Of a stretch of DNA of 64,000 bases, positions 38,007 through 48,636 are shown piece after piece. The notes under the pieces are model-generated. The model made no database searches. It worked only from the letters and a program-made list of their open reading frames with translations, and was not told the DNA's origin. The translations under genes and the position numbers were made by a program. This DNA is from Chlorobiota bacterium (GTDB lineage: Bacteria > Bacteroidota > Ignavibacteria > OLB7), in NCBI GenBank assembly GCA_028287785.1, contig JAQBOZ010000007.1, positions 271,393-335,392 of the forward strand, written 5' to 3'. How positions within the stretch are numbered: the stretch's first letter is position 1; every line of letters begins with the position of its first letter.

Positions 38007-39677
38007 TCACTTCACCAGCATCATCCTGCCGGTTGCCCCCGCGTTCCCATCCACGCCGAGACGGTAGAGATAGGCGCCAGCCGGAAGATCGCTCCCGTCG
38101 AACTCCACCTGCTGCTCGCCGGCATCACGATGCTCATCCAGCACGGTCCGCACCCGGCGTCCCAGCCGGTCGAACAGCCCGATCGTCACATGCCCCGCCC
38201 GCTCCATCCTGAAGCCGATCGTGGTATGCGAGGAGAACGGATTGGGAGCGTTCGCCAGCCGCATCGCCGATGCCGTGGCAGGATCGTACGCCACGCCGTT
38301 CGCCGGATCGAACACCTGCTGCGACGGCAGCGATTCGTTGAGGAGATCGACCGTGAGCATGGAATCATCCCCCGCCAGGACGAAGGTGAGATACGATGTC
38401 GCGAAGTTCCCGCTGCTCCCCCCCGTCAGCAGAGGCGATGGGGATGTCTGCCCCGGATGATAGACATCCAGCTTCATCGTCCCACGGGGAACGGAGATGA
38501 AATTGTTGTGCGCCAGAAACTCCACGGTGGTATCCATGACCGGCGTGGTCGCATCGGCGGGCGCATAGAGCCTTACCCTGGCGTTGGGAAGGAAGCTGGC
38601 GGCGTTCGCCACCCTGACGAAGAGCGATTCCGCGGCGTTTCCCGGCACGGTCGCCGGCGCGGTCAGAAGCATGCCGGTGGGGGCGCCATCCTGGAGCTTC
38701 GTCAGGATCACGGTGAAATCGGAATCGTTGCGGAGCCGGACCACCTGATGATAGATCTCCAGCCCCTCGTTGAACGGCGTGAACTTGACCAGGGCCGTAT
38801 CGGCTCCGAACGGGCCGAACTTCTCGGACGCGGAGCGATAGTGAAGATCGTGCGTCTTCGGCTGCCCGTCGATGTAGAGGTCCAGGCTCTGAAGCTTCTT
38901 CCCGTTCGCCGTCGTCTGCCGCCACGCGTGCATCACGCGAAGCGATGGAAGCAGCCCGCCTCCGGTAACGCCCTTCAATGGCACCAGCGGGCCGGCATCC
39001 GGCTGCTCGCCGCTCAACACGTAGACCTTCAGGTCCGCCGCGTTTGTGCCGGTCACGATCAGCGTCATGATCCCGCCATTGACGAACGGGGCTATCACCT
39101 TGGCGACCGGCGTCTTCTTTCCCGCCTCCGTGAAGATCACCGGAAGCGCGGCCGCCCTCACAGTGATGAAGGGGGAAAACCCGTCGGGGGTCAGCCCGGC
39201 GGTGAAGACCGCGGAGTCGGTGGAGCCGACGTAGACATCGAAGGATGTCTGGATGGTGCTGGCATTGAAGATGCGAAGGAGCGACATTCCGTCGGGCGCG
39301 CGCTGCGTCCGCATCCGCTCCAGCACCGCCATCCGTGGCTGCACGGCGGTGCCGTAGGCGATCGCGGTGTACTCGATGTTGGAGGCTCCGGCGATATCAC
39401 GGTTCAGAATCGCCCCGCCAAGGCCCGCGCCGGTCGGCGAGACCTTCACGTTCAACGTCCCTTCCGGCAGCTTCTTGGCGATTGCCGAGGCCGATTCGAA
39501 CGGGACGGTGGAGGGGGACGGATCGTTGTTGAAGAAGATATCGGCCTTCGGAACCCCACCGATCAGATGGACTCCGCGAAAATCGAAGGTCTGCCCATAT
39601 GCCGCCCCGGCGACCAGCAGCAGCACCAGCAGGAGCGCGGCCCGGCGGCAGAAGAAAGTAACATCACTCACGATCAT
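38007..39677 (-). CDS. secreted DUF4397-like repeat protein with T9SS C-terminal sorting domain
   Basis: Signal peptide, internal repeated ~120-aa modules, C-terminal ...NAPNPFSSHTTIGFRM...AGAYLYRLGVDG...GRMMLVK (type A T9SS CTD). Confidence 0.7.
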   Translation of the reverse strand: MIVSDVTFFCRRAALLLVLLLVAGAAYGQTFDFRGVHLIGGVPKADIFFNNDPSPSTVPFESASAIAKKLPEGTLNVKVSPTGAGLGGAILNRDIAGASNIEYTAIAYGTAVQPRMAVLERMRTQRAPDGMSLLRIFNASTIQTSFDVYVGSTDSAVFTAGLTPDGFSPFITVRAAALPVIFTEAGKKTPVAKVIAPFVNGGIMTLIVTGTNAADLKVYVLSGEQPDAGPLVPLKGVTGGGLLPSLRVMHAWRQTTANGKKLQSLDLYIDGQPKTHDLHYRSASEKFGPFGADTALVKFTPFNEGLEIYHQVVRLRNDSDFTVILTKLQDGAPTGMLLTAPATVPGNAAESLFVRVANAASFLPNARVRLYAPADATTPVMDTTVEFLAHNNFISVPRGTMKLDVYHPGQTSPSPLLTGGSSGNFATSYLTFVLAGDDSMLTVDLLNESLPSQQVFDPANGVAYDPATASAMRLANAPNPFSSHTTIGFRMERAGHVTIGLFDRLGRRVRTVLDEHRDAGEQQVEFDGSDLPAGAYLYRLGVDGNAGATGRMMLVK

Positions 39678-39973
39678 ACTCCATATGTAAGGATAACGTT
39701 GATATTGTTGAGCATCGCTGCAATCGGCGCGGGGGAGTTGGAAACCCCGCCACGGGAGTGATTAAGATAACGGCATCGCGGAAAAACTACCACGCACTTC
39801 CGTGCATTCCGTAGATTTGCCCCCTTGACCGGCCCCTTCTCGCGCCCGGCGGCTCTCCCTGACCGGAGCGTCCCGAAGCCGGAGATGGCGCCATCCCGTC
39901 CGATTCGAAACAACGGGTGTTCCCTATCAAACGTTAGGCCCGTTCCGGGCATTTCCTATATCATTTCTCGTCC

Positions 39974-41528
39974 CATGCAAACGCGCACTCAAGATAACGA
40001 TCAGGTAGCCCGGCGCTACGAAGAGCTTGAACATCTCGAATCGGCGGGGGTGCTTGCCTATCCGTATGCGTTCGATAAAACGCATAGCGCCGCCGCCGCG
40101 AAATCGCAGTATCAGGATGACACGCCGGAGCTCACCGTCGCGGTTGCCGGACGGATCGTGGGGATCAGGCGGATGGGAAAGGCGAGCTTCGTTCATATCC
40201 AGGATGATTCCGGCAGACTTCAGATCTATCTGAAGAAGGATGATCTCCCGGATTACGACCAGTTCCGGCTGTACGATATCGGCGATATCATCGGCGCGGC
40301 CGGCTACATGTTCCGCACCCGCACCAACGAGGTGACGCTGCACGCCAGGAGTTTCACGCTCCTCACCAAGTGCCTCTCCCCGCTGCCGATTGCCAAGGAG
40401 GAGATCGATGAGGAGGGGAACAGGATCGTTCACGATCAGTTCGCCGACAAGGAGATGCGCTACCGCCAGCGATACGTGGATCTCGCGGTCAACCCGGAGG
40501 TGCGCGATGTCTTCCGGAAGCGGGCCAAGCTGATCACCACCGTCCGCCGCTATCTCGATCAGCGGAACTATCTGGAGGTGGAAACCCCCGTCCTGCATAC
40601 GATGTACGGCGGCGCCGCGGCCCGCCCCTTCGCGTCGCATCTGAACGCGCTGGATATCCCCCTCTTCCTCCGGATCTCGCTGGAGCTGAACCTGAAGCGT
40701 CTGATGGTCGGCGGCTTCGAGGGGGTCTACGAGCTTGGCAAGAATTTCCGGAACGAGGGGATCGACAAGACCCATAATCCCGAGTTCACGATGCTGGAGC
40801 TGTACGTGGCGTACAGGGATTACATGTGGATGATGGAGATGACCGAGGAGATGCTGACGGAGGTTGTGATGGCTGTCAACGGCTCGCTCCATGTCACCGC
40901 GGCCAACGGCGCCACGCTGGACTTCACCCCGCCGTACCGCCGCGCCACGATGCACGGGCTGATCGCGGAGTATACGGGAAAGGATATCGAGGGGATGGAT
41001 CTTGCGTCGCTCCGGGCGCTGGCGCACGAGCAGGGGGTTCATACCGATGCAACGATGGGAATCGGGAAGGTGATCGATGAGATATTCTCGGAGAAGGTGC
41101 AGCCGCATCTTGTGCAGCCGACATTTGTGATGGACTATCCCGAGGAGATGGTGCCGCTTGCCAAGCCGCATCGCTCCAAGGCCGGGCTGGTGGAGAGCTG
41201 GGAGCTGATCATCAACACGCAGGAACTGGCCCCCTGCTTCAGCGAGTTGAACGATCCCCGTGTTCAGCGCCGTCGCTTCACCGAGCAGGCGAAGCTCCGC
41301 GACGCCGGCGACGACGAGGCGATGCTGATCGACGAGGATTTCCTGCGCGCTCTGGAGGTCGGCATGCCGCCGGCCGCCGGCATGGGGCTGGGAATCGACC
41401 GCCTGACGATGATCCTCACCGGCGAGGAATCGATCCGCGATGTGATCTTCTTCCCGATGATGCGCCCTGATGAACGGCGCGACGCTGGTGGGAGTGATGC
41501 GGCGGCCGCGGATGAAACCGCCGGATGA
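39974..41528 (+). CDS. lysS: lysine--tRNA ligase (class II)
   Basis: OB-fold anticodon-binding N-terminus, class II motifs 1-3 (FRNEG..., GGAAARPF, GMGLGIDR). Confidence 0.9.
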
Positions 41529-41535
41529 TGTATAA

Positions 41536-41572
41536 CGCAGTCGGGGCGGGTTTTAAACCCGCCCCGACTGCG
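41536..41572. repeat. perfect 37-nt palindrome CGCAGTCGGGGCGGGTTT-T-AAACCCGCCCCGACTGCG
   Basis: Sits between convergent lysS and the 41553-42038 gene; the TAA stop of the reverse-strand gene is the palindrome centre. Confidence 0.85.
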
Positions 41573-42038
41573 ACCGATGTTCCGCCATCATCTCCATCAC
41601 CTTCCGGTAGTATTCCGCCACGCTCTCCGCTGCTCCGTCGGTGATGCGACGGAAAACGCGCGCGGTTGGGAAGAGAACCGTGCCATCCGGAAGCTCCACG
41701 GCCAGAAGGGTTGGCGCCTCCTCATGGCCGGTGATCCATGTGCCGCCAAGCTCCAGCCGGAACGTTTCGCCGAGATAGATCCCCCAGAGATTTGCCCACT
41801 GCGCCACATCCACATCGCTTGTCCCAAGGCCCAGCCGTTTCTTGAAGGATTTCTGAGTGTACTGCCCGTGCAGTTCCTCCAGCATCTCATCGAGAACCGG
41901 CAGGGTCGCCGGGGTATGGTCGAACAGCGCCGAGCGCCAGCTTACGGCGGCATCGCGGGCGGCGGCATCGTACTGCGCCACCAGCACCTCCAGCGATTCG
42001 GGTTTTTCCGGCTTCTTGAACGCTCGTTTTTTCAGCAT
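41553..42038 (-). CDS. hypothetical cytoplasmic protein
   Basis: 161-aa ORF with good codon periodicity; the last 6 codons and the stop are contributed by the palindrome. Confidence 0.45.
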   Translation of the reverse strand: MLKKRAFKKPEKPESLEVLVAQYDAAARDAAVSWRSALFDHTPATLPVLDEMLEELHGQYTQKSFKKRLGLGTSDVDVAQWANLWGIYLGETFRLELGGTWITGHEEAPTLLAVELPDGTVLFPTARVFRRITDGAAESVAEYYRKVMEMMAEHRSQSGRV

Positions 42039-42065
42039 CGCGCGATTGGGTTGTGTGTCCTTCGA

Positions 42066-42575
42066 CTATGGCCGGCCGGGTCCTCCGGTGCTATCGCCTC
42101 CGGGGCGTCCCCGCGGGCCGGCCGGAGCCGTCCAGTCCGACCCTATTTCCGGGTGGCGTATCTCCCCGCCCCTGGTGGATGTGATCGCCATCAGGACGCA
42201 GACAGCCAGCGAGAGAAGCAGGAGGACGGCCATCAGCCAGGCGGGCGGGCCTTCCGGCTTCCGCATCATCACAAGCCCGAAGATAGCGAGTATTCCGGCG
42301 ATCTCGGCGCCGATCATCGAGATAAACGCCATCTCCTCGTGCGCGTGAATCGCCCCGCGCATCACGCCGGAAACGCCACGCAGCGTCTCCTGAGCCGGAT
42401 CGCCCGTCAGATAGGCGGGGATGGTGATGGCAGCCACAACCACGAACGACCAGAGCGCGACCCTTCGGACATCGGCGCTTTTCCGCATCATCGCAACCAC
42501 CAGCAATGCCGTGCAGAAGAGGATGCCGACAACCGGAATGTGGTTGAGTATCAGATGAATATGTGCTCCGTTCAT
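42066..42575 (-). CDS. hypothetical membrane protein (4 TM)
   Basis: MNGAHIHLILNHIPVVGILF... hydrophobic helices; start overlaps the upstream gene by 4 nt. Confidence 0.5.
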   Translation of the reverse strand: MNGAHIHLILNHIPVVGILFCTALLVVAMMRKSADVRRVALWSFVVVAAITIPAYLTGDPAQETLRGVSGVMRGAIHAHEEMAFISMIGAEIAGILAIFGLVMMRKPEGPPAWLMAVLLLLSLAVCVLMAITSTRGGEIRHPEIGSDWTAPAGPRGRPGGDSTGGPGRP

Positions 42576-43087
42576 TTCTCCCCCGCGGTTATTGTGTTAC
42601 GATGGCTGGCCTGTTCAAGCATGTCGGCTTCATGATCCGCGACGGAATTTCCCGTTCGCATTCCGCGTTCCTCTTTTTCGCGCTGGCAGAGCTCCAGAAA
42701 CTCCTGCTCGTAGCGCTGCAGATCATCGTCGGAAAGATGCCCCAGTTGCGCGAAGTTGGTACGCGCGTGCTTCATGGCGCGGAGCAGCTCATCCAGCTTC
42801 AGATGGATCACCTTCGAATCCCGGTTCTGGGTATTCTGAATCAGAAAGACCATCAGGAATGTGATGATGGTGGTTCCGGTGTTGATCACAAGCTGCCATG
42901 TATCCGAATACTGGAACATGGGGCCGGTAACCGCCCAGACAAGGATGATCACGATGGAGGCGATGAACGACCAGGCCGAGCCGACAATATCTGATGTTGC
43001 GGCGGCAACCTTGCGAAACGCCTCCCTCATCGTATGCGCCGTGCTGCCTGATTGCTCCGCTTCGGAGGTCTTCTGTACCTCGCTCAT
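42572..43087 (-). CDS. low-affinity iron permease family protein (Fet4-like small form)
   Basis: Conserved core ILVWAVTGPMF...WQLVINTGTTIITFLMVFLIQNTQNRD...IHLKLDELL. Confidence 0.7.
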   Translation of the reverse strand: MSEVQKTSEAEQSGSTAHTMREAFRKVAAATSDIVGSAWSFIASIVIILVWAVTGPMFQYSDTWQLVINTGTTIITFLMVFLIQNTQNRDSKVIHLKLDELLRAMKHARTNFAQLGHLSDDDLQRYEQEFLELCQREKEERGMRTGNSVADHEADMLEQASHRNTITAGEK

Positions 43088-43246
43088 AACGATTCCTGAA
43101 TATCGATGGAAGAAATGATCAATCCGTTTCGTTATGAAGAGATCAAAATCCGTACCTCAAACCTCCATCCCCTCAGATGTGCGCGGGGCGATGCCCCGCG
43201 CACCAGGAATTGCGCCCCTCCGGGGCTTGGGACGATGCTTCCGACA

Positions 43247-43408
43247 ACGCTGCGGATGACCTTCTTCAGCGTATTCCAGAGACGCAGACCCTTCAAGGAC
43301 GATCAGGTGCAAGGCGGCCGAGCCTGAGCGAGTGAGGCGTCCCCCCGGACGCCGCAATGAGCCAACGGTGAAGGCCAACGCCGCAGATGACATCCTTCAA
43401 CAGTCTGC
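43247..43408 (-). mobile_element. MITE-like element family B, copy 1 (far end degenerate, 14-nt insertion)
   Basis: Reverse complement aligns with 51652-51786 (shared GCAGACTGTTGAAGGAyGwCATCTGCGGCGTTGGCCTTCACCGTT...). It abuts the TAG stop of mgtE. Confidence 0.5.
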
Positions 43409-44787
43409 TATAGGAGGGTCCCCCGAAGCACAAGCACCGCGACGGTGAAATAGATGATCAGCCCGGTCACATCCACCAGCGTGGCAACAAACGGCGCTGA
43501 TGATGTGGCCGGATCGGCGCCGAACCGCTTCAGGATGAATGGGAGCATCGATCCGGCAAGCGTTCCCCAGAGGACGATGCCGATAAGGGAAAGGCCCACC
43601 GTAAGCCCCACCAGCGCCCAGTGCGGCCCGTAGATCTGCGAGAACATGCTCCAGACCGCGATCCGCAGAAAGCCGATTGTCCCGAGAATCAGCCCCAGTA
43701 TCAGCCCGGAGAAAAGCTCGCGCCGCATCACCAGCCACCAGTCGCGCAACTTCACCTCCCCAAGCGCCAGGGCCCTGATGATCAGCGTGGCCGCCTGCGA
43801 GCCGGAGTTTCCGCCGCTCGATATGATCAGCGGCACAAAGAGCGCAAGCACCACCGCGCGGGCGATCTGCCCCTCGAAGAACCCCATCGCCGTGGCGGTG
43901 AGCATCTCCCCGAGAAAGAGGATGACAAGCCACGAGGCCCGCTTGCGAACCATCCGAAGGAGCGGAGTGCTCACGTACGGCTCATCCAGCGCCTCCAGGC
44001 CGCCGAACTTCTGGATGTCCTCCGTCGCCTCCTCCTCCGCCACGTCCAGCATGTCATCCACGGTAACGATGCCAAGCAGCCGGCCGCGCGCGTCGATCAC
44101 CGGAAGCACCGTCCGGTCATATTTCCGGAAGACATCGATCGCCGACTCCTGATCCTCGGTGGCACGAAGCGCCAGGAACTGGTTGTCCATCAGATCGGCC
44201 ACGCCGGTATGGAACTCCGCCAGAAGGAACTTTCTGATATGCACATCATCCACCAGGCGGTTGTTCGCGTCCACCACGTAGATCACATCAAGCGTCTCGC
44301 TGTTACGGCCATGCGTCCTGATATGATCCAGCACCCGCCGCACCGTCCAATCCTCCAGCACCGCGATATAATCCGGCGTCATCAGACGGCCCACGCTGTT
44401 CTCGGGAAAATCCAGAAGCGTCCGCGCCACCTCCCGCTCCTCGGTGGAGAGGAGGTTCATCATCTCGCCGGCGGTTTCTTCCGATACCTCCTCCAGCAGC
44501 GCTGTCCGGTCATCCGGCGACATCACGTTGAGAAGCGCCGATGCCTTCTCCCTGGTCATCCCTTCAAGCAGCCATGCCTGATCGGACGGATCGAGATACT
44601 CAAACGTTTCGGCGGCCAGATCCCCCTGAATCGCGCTGAACGCCTGCGGCCGCTCATCCTCGGGAAGGCTGGTGAGCAGCCCCGCGATATCGGCCGGAAG
44701 CCAGTCGCTGAAGACCTCGCTCAGTGTCTCAAGGTCGTCCGCTGCGATAAGATCTCTGATCTCGGGCTGGAGAAGTTTTTCGATCAT
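43408..44787 (-). CDS. mgtE: magnesium transporter MgtE
   Basis: N-terminal MgtE_N, tandem CBS, C-terminal 5-TM MgtE domain (GGNSGSQAATLIIRALA). Confidence 0.9.
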   Translation of the reverse strand: MIEKLLQPEIRDLIAADDLETLSEVFSDWLPADIAGLLTSLPEDERPQAFSAIQGDLAAETFEYLDPSDQAWLLEGMTREKASALLNVMSPDDRTALLEEVSEETAGEMMNLLSTEEREVARTLLDFPENSVGRLMTPDYIAVLEDWTVRRVLDHIRTHGRNSETLDVIYVVDANNRLVDDVHIRKFLLAEFHTGVADLMDNQFLALRATEDQESAIDVFRKYDRTVLPVIDARGRLLGIVTVDDMLDVAEEEATEDIQKFGGLEALDEPYVSTPLLRMVRKRASWLVILFLGEMLTATAMGFFEGQIARAVVLALFVPLIISSGGNSGSQAATLIIRALALGEVKLRDWWLVMRRELFSGLILGLILGTIGFLRIAVWSMFSQIYGPHWALVGLTVGLSLIGIVLWGTLAGSMLPFILKRFGADPATSSAPFVATLVDVTGLIIYFTVAVLVLRGTLL

Positions 44788-45244
44788 CTGCCGTGCTGTT
44801 CGAAGGGATTGTTCGTGCTTCCTCCACGCGCCGGATTGGAGCCGCGGAAGGAGAAATTATCGAGGATGATCCTCTCACCATCCATTATCGCCGCGTAACG
44901 ATTCGATTTTCCGGCGATGGAAGGCGCACCGGCGAGCCCCGCGGTTCAGTATCTTCGATCTCAAATGATAAACCACGTCGGCCGGATGAAACCCGGACGC
45001 GGCAGGCTCGTCTAGCGGGCTTTCCTCGGAATCCATCAGGAACCGCAAACCCGCCCCGTGGAAAAGCATTCATCAACGGGGCGGCAGCCCACATTTCATC
45101 CGAAGATCAGAGACAGCGGCACGGACGCCAGCGCGCGATGATCGCGGCCGGCGCCGGAATGTACCATATGCCCGCCGGGGCGTTCCAGTCACGAGCGTTC
45201 CTTCTCTCGATCTTCGCGAACGACATTACGATCCGGGCCAAAAT

Positions 45245-46759
45245 ATGACGAGATCCGTACAGCATGCGCTTCTTCTCTTCGGCACCATCTTTCTGTGGCT
45301 GTCGTTGACAGGTTGCCCGCAGAACCTGGTGAAGATGGCCGACGAGATTCTGCCGCCGAAGGACTACAAGCCGATCTACATGACATCGGCCGTTCCGTTC
45401 GATTCACTGATCCGGCAATATAGAACCGTCACCGGCCCCGTCACCGCATGGAAAAGCCAGCGGGTGGCCGATTCCACCGGCGCGATCGCCTGGCAGCGCC
45501 AGGGCCCGCTCACGATGGATATCCGCAAGGTGGACGACAGCCGGTATCCGGATGAGGTGGAGCTGCGCGCGTTCATCTACGATACCACCGGCCGTTTCGT
45601 GATGGGGCTTGCCCCGCCCTACTCCACCGGTAACTGGCGCGCCCGCTGGCCCCGGCTGGTGGACTCCTGCTCCGGGGCCGCCGTGCCGATCGACAGCTTT
45701 ACCGTCACCGAGGTCCGGCAGGATCGCCGCGAGCCGTACGCGATATCCTTCGTCCTTGACCAGTCCGGATCGATGGGGGACGAGAAGGTCCGCAAGCTCC
45801 GCACTGCGTTGAGCCGCACCCTCAGGATCATCAAGAAAGGTGATATGATCGCCACGGTGAAGTTCGGCAGCAAGTGCCTTGTGGATGTCCCGCTCACCGA
45901 TGACAGCGTCCGGTTCCGCAGGGAGTTTCAGGTGGAGAATCTGCAACCGCCGGGAGGGGGAGGAACGGCGCTGTACGACGCGGGCATCGTCGGGATCGAG
46001 CAGGTGGCGAACGCGCCGGTCGGCTACAAGCGCGCCATGATCCTCTTCACCGATGGCTTCAACGGCCAGTCCGATGCCACGCTCGCGGACGTGCAGCGGG
46101 CGGCGCGGGAGAAGAACGTCACCATCTACACCGTCGCCTACGGGCAGGCGGACGAGGAGGTGATGCGGACGATGGCGGCCTATACCGGCGGCAGGATGTA
46201 CAGGATCTACTCCAACAGGGAGTTCCCCTACGTCTTCGCCGATATCTATCGCGGCCTGAACAATTACTACAGGATCACCTACCGCCCGCCGCTCTGCAAA
46301 GGGGTCCATACCGCCACCGCCGCGGTCTCCATCCCGGAGCTTGGCTACAGCCCCCTCCTGGCCGACGGGCGCTACGACCGCTCCCTCTTCACGCCGTACG
46401 ATCCCGTCGGCTCCATCGCGATGGTCAGCATCGAGTTCGATTACGACAAGGCCACCATCCGCTCGGAATCCGCGCCCAGGGTGACGGAGGTCGCGGAGGC
46501 ACTCCGCGCCAACCCGGCGATGGAGCTGGAGATACGCGGGCATACCGACGATCGCGGCGGCGATGAGTACAACATGAAGCTCTCCGAGGATCGCGCGCGC
46601 GCCGTTGCCGACGCGCTGGTGACGCTCGGAATCGATCGGAAGCGGATGACCGTCGTCGGCTTCGGAAAGACGCGGCCGCTGGTCCCGAACGATTCCGAGG
46701 AGAACCGGAAGAAGAACAGGAGGACGGAGTTCGTGATCACCAGCCAGGGGGAGAAATGA
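45245..46759 (+). CDS. vWA domain + OmpA C-terminal domain lipoprotein (paralogue of 30959-32380)
   Basis: Lipobox LSLTGC, vWA MIDAS DQSGSM, C-terminal ...HTDDRGGDEYNMKLSEDRARAVADAL...NRRTEF. Confidence 0.75.
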   Translation: MTRSVQHALLLFGTIFLWLSLTGCPQNLVKMADEILPPKDYKPIYMTSAVPFDSLIRQYRTVTGPVTAWKSQRVADSTGAIAWQRQGPLTMDIRKVDDSRYPDEVELRAFIYDTTGRFVMGLAPPYSTGNWRARWPRLVDSCSGAAVPIDSFTVTEVRQDRREPYAISFVLDQSGSMGDEKVRKLRTALSRTLRIIKKGDMIATVKFGSKCLVDVPLTDDSVRFRREFQVENLQPPGGGGTALYDAGIVGIEQVANAPVGYKRAMILFTDGFNGQSDATLADVQRAAREKNVTIYTVAYGQADEEVMRTMAAYTGGRMYRIYSNREFPYVFADIYRGLNNYYRITYRPPLCKGVHTATAAVSIPELGYSPLLADGRYDRSLFTPYDPVGSIAMVSIEFDYDKATIRSESAPRVTEVAEALRANPAMELEIRGHTDDRGGDEYNMKLSEDRARAVADALVTLGIDRKRMTVVGFGKTRPLVPNDSEENRKKNRRTEFVITSQGEK

Positions 46760-47565
46760 TAACGCGAACAAATCATCGAACCGGATCGATCCCCGGCAAC
46801 CCGCCCGGATGGGGCCTGCTCCCGTTGAAGCTCCGCCCGCTGTTTCTGCTGCTGGCGCTCCTCCTCCTCCCCGGCGCGTTTGCATTCGCCGGCATCACCG
46901 TCGATACAACGCGCGGCCTGGTGGGGGAACATCTCCGGGTCAGAATCATCATCCCTCCCGGCGGCCCGGCCGCGGGGCCGGCATTGTTGCGGGGGACGCT
47001 GCGGCTGAGCAACCCGACGGTCTTCTTCCCCGACTCCCTGATCGCGGCGCGGGCCGGCGCGATTACCGGCTACTCGCTCACGGCGCGGAAGGACTCGATC
47101 TACGATTTCTCCATCTCCCTCCTCCGCGATACCGCCATGGCCGACACGATCTACCTTGCGGGCGAGGCGCTGGCCGGCTCCGACTCGGTCTGCGTGATCC
47201 TCCTGAACGATATCACGCTGGACGGCGCACCACGGGAAAGCGCGAGCGGCGCGGTCCTCACCCGATCGGTCGGCCCGCCGCTCCCCTACGTCCGGTTCGC
47301 GATACTCGATCAGAACTATCCGAACCCGGCGCGCCAGGGAAGCCCCACGACATGGGCATACCGGATCGACAGGCTCTCCGATGTCCGCTTCTACTTCTAC
47401 ACCGTGACGGGAGCGGAGCTGTTCGTGGCCGACCTGGGGACGCAGCCGATCGGGCCGCACACATTCATCTACACCCCCGGCATCGACGTGCCGTGCGGGG
47501 TCTATCTGGTTCGTCTGGTGACCAATTCCGGTTTCGCCGACAAAGTGATGCACATCGTACGATAA
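46756..47565 (+). CDS. T9SS C-terminal sorting-domain protein
   Basis: Signal peptide, C-terminal ...DQNYPNPARQGSPTTWAYRI...TGAELFVADLGTQPIGPHTFIY...GVYLVRLVTNSGFADKVMHIVR. ATGA overlap with the upstream gene. Confidence 0.6.
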   Translation: MITRTNHRTGSIPGNPPGWGLLPLKLRPLFLLLALLLLPGAFAFAGITVDTTRGLVGEHLRVRIIIPPGGPAAGPALLRGTLRLSNPTVFFPDSLIAARAGAITGYSLTARKDSIYDFSISLLRDTAMADTIYLAGEALAGSDSVCVILLNDITLDGAPRESASGAVLTRSVGPPLPYVRFAILDQNYPNPARQGSPTTWAYRIDRLSDVRFYFYTVTGAELFVADLGTQPIGPHTFIYTPGIDVPCGVYLVRLVTNSGFADKVMHIVR

Positions 47566-48551
47566 TGAATCAACATCTACCCTGGCTCCGGCTGCATGCC
47601 GCATGGATACTGGCGTTGCTGGTAGTCTCCGCCTGCGGCGCGCGCGCCCAGGATGCCGACACGACGTGGGATGATCTCGGGCTCGATCCCAAGGGATTCA
47701 CGTTCGATGATGAGACGATCGGCCATGTGTCGCGCGGATGGTTTCCGCAGGCATATGCCGGGTATACGCTGATGTACAGCGGGCCGTTCGGCGACACGTT
47801 CGACGCGGCTACGGATATCCGCCCGAGGGCGTTCCAGCCCACCACCGCCCCCTTCTCGTGGCATAACCCGTACGAGGCGGATGAGCGGAAGATCTACCAG
47901 CCGAACAAGGACAAGGAGGAGGACGATGGTTATCCCAGCACCAGCTATGACGACTACTCCCTCCAGTTTCTCTACAACCTGCCGATGCCGGCCGTCGTCA
48001 GGCTTGGCGCCGGCCTCCAGGTGACGCAGGGGATGCTCTTTTCGGTCGACAACTCCCGGCACTACCTTTCGATCGGCGGATTGCGACAGCCGTTGAAGGA
48101 GGTCGGGGTGGCGTATCTGAAGCAGTACTCGCTGGCCGGGACCGTGGGGCTGGACATCCCCATCTATGGCGCGTTCATCAAGACCGAGGCGCTCTCGGTA
48201 TCATCGTACTATTATCTCTTCGGCGGCTACAGCTTCGCCTACGCGATCTCCAGCAAGGGGACGCAGTATGAGCAGATCGCGAACGCCAAGCAGGCGATCC
48301 GCTACGGCAACGGCTCCGACACCGCCACGCTGATCGACAAGCGGACGTTCGACGGATTGCAGCGGCTGCGACGGTCGATCGACGTGGGGGTGGGGTGGAA
48401 CGTGATGGGGGAGGACTTTCTGGCGCTCGGCGTGGAGGGGTTTGTTTCGATCCCGCAGACATCGCTGCTGGATGATTCCGACTGGAAGCAATATTTTGTG
48501 GGGCTTCGCATTTCTCTGGGAATCCACTGGCTGCCGAAGAAATCGAAGTGA
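47565..48551 (+). CDS. secreted hypothetical protein (possible outer-membrane beta-barrel)
   Basis: TAATG stop/start overlap with the upstream gene, signal peptide MNQHLPWLRLHAAWILALLVVSACGARAQ, Tyr/Gly-rich amphipathic strands. Confidence 0.55.
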   Translation: MNQHLPWLRLHAAWILALLVVSACGARAQDADTTWDDLGLDPKGFTFDDETIGHVSRGWFPQAYAGYTLMYSGPFGDTFDAATDIRPRAFQPTTAPFSWHNPYEADERKIYQPNKDKEEDDGYPSTSYDDYSLQFLYNLPMPAVVRLGAGLQVTQGMLFSVDNSRHYLSIGGLRQPLKEVGVAYLKQYSLAGTVGLDIPIYGAFIKTEALSVSSYYYLFGGYSFAYAISSKGTQYEQIANAKQAIRYGNGSDTATLIDKRTFDGLQRLRRSIDVGVGWNVMGEDFLALGVEGFVSIPQTSLLDDSDWKQYFVGLRISLGIHWLPKKSK

Positions 48552-48636
48552 TCCGAACCGGAGCGATCCGAACGGCGGCATCCCGCCCCCGTACGATCTC
48601 TTCTCATCCGAAATATTCCGGGATCATCCGTTGAGC

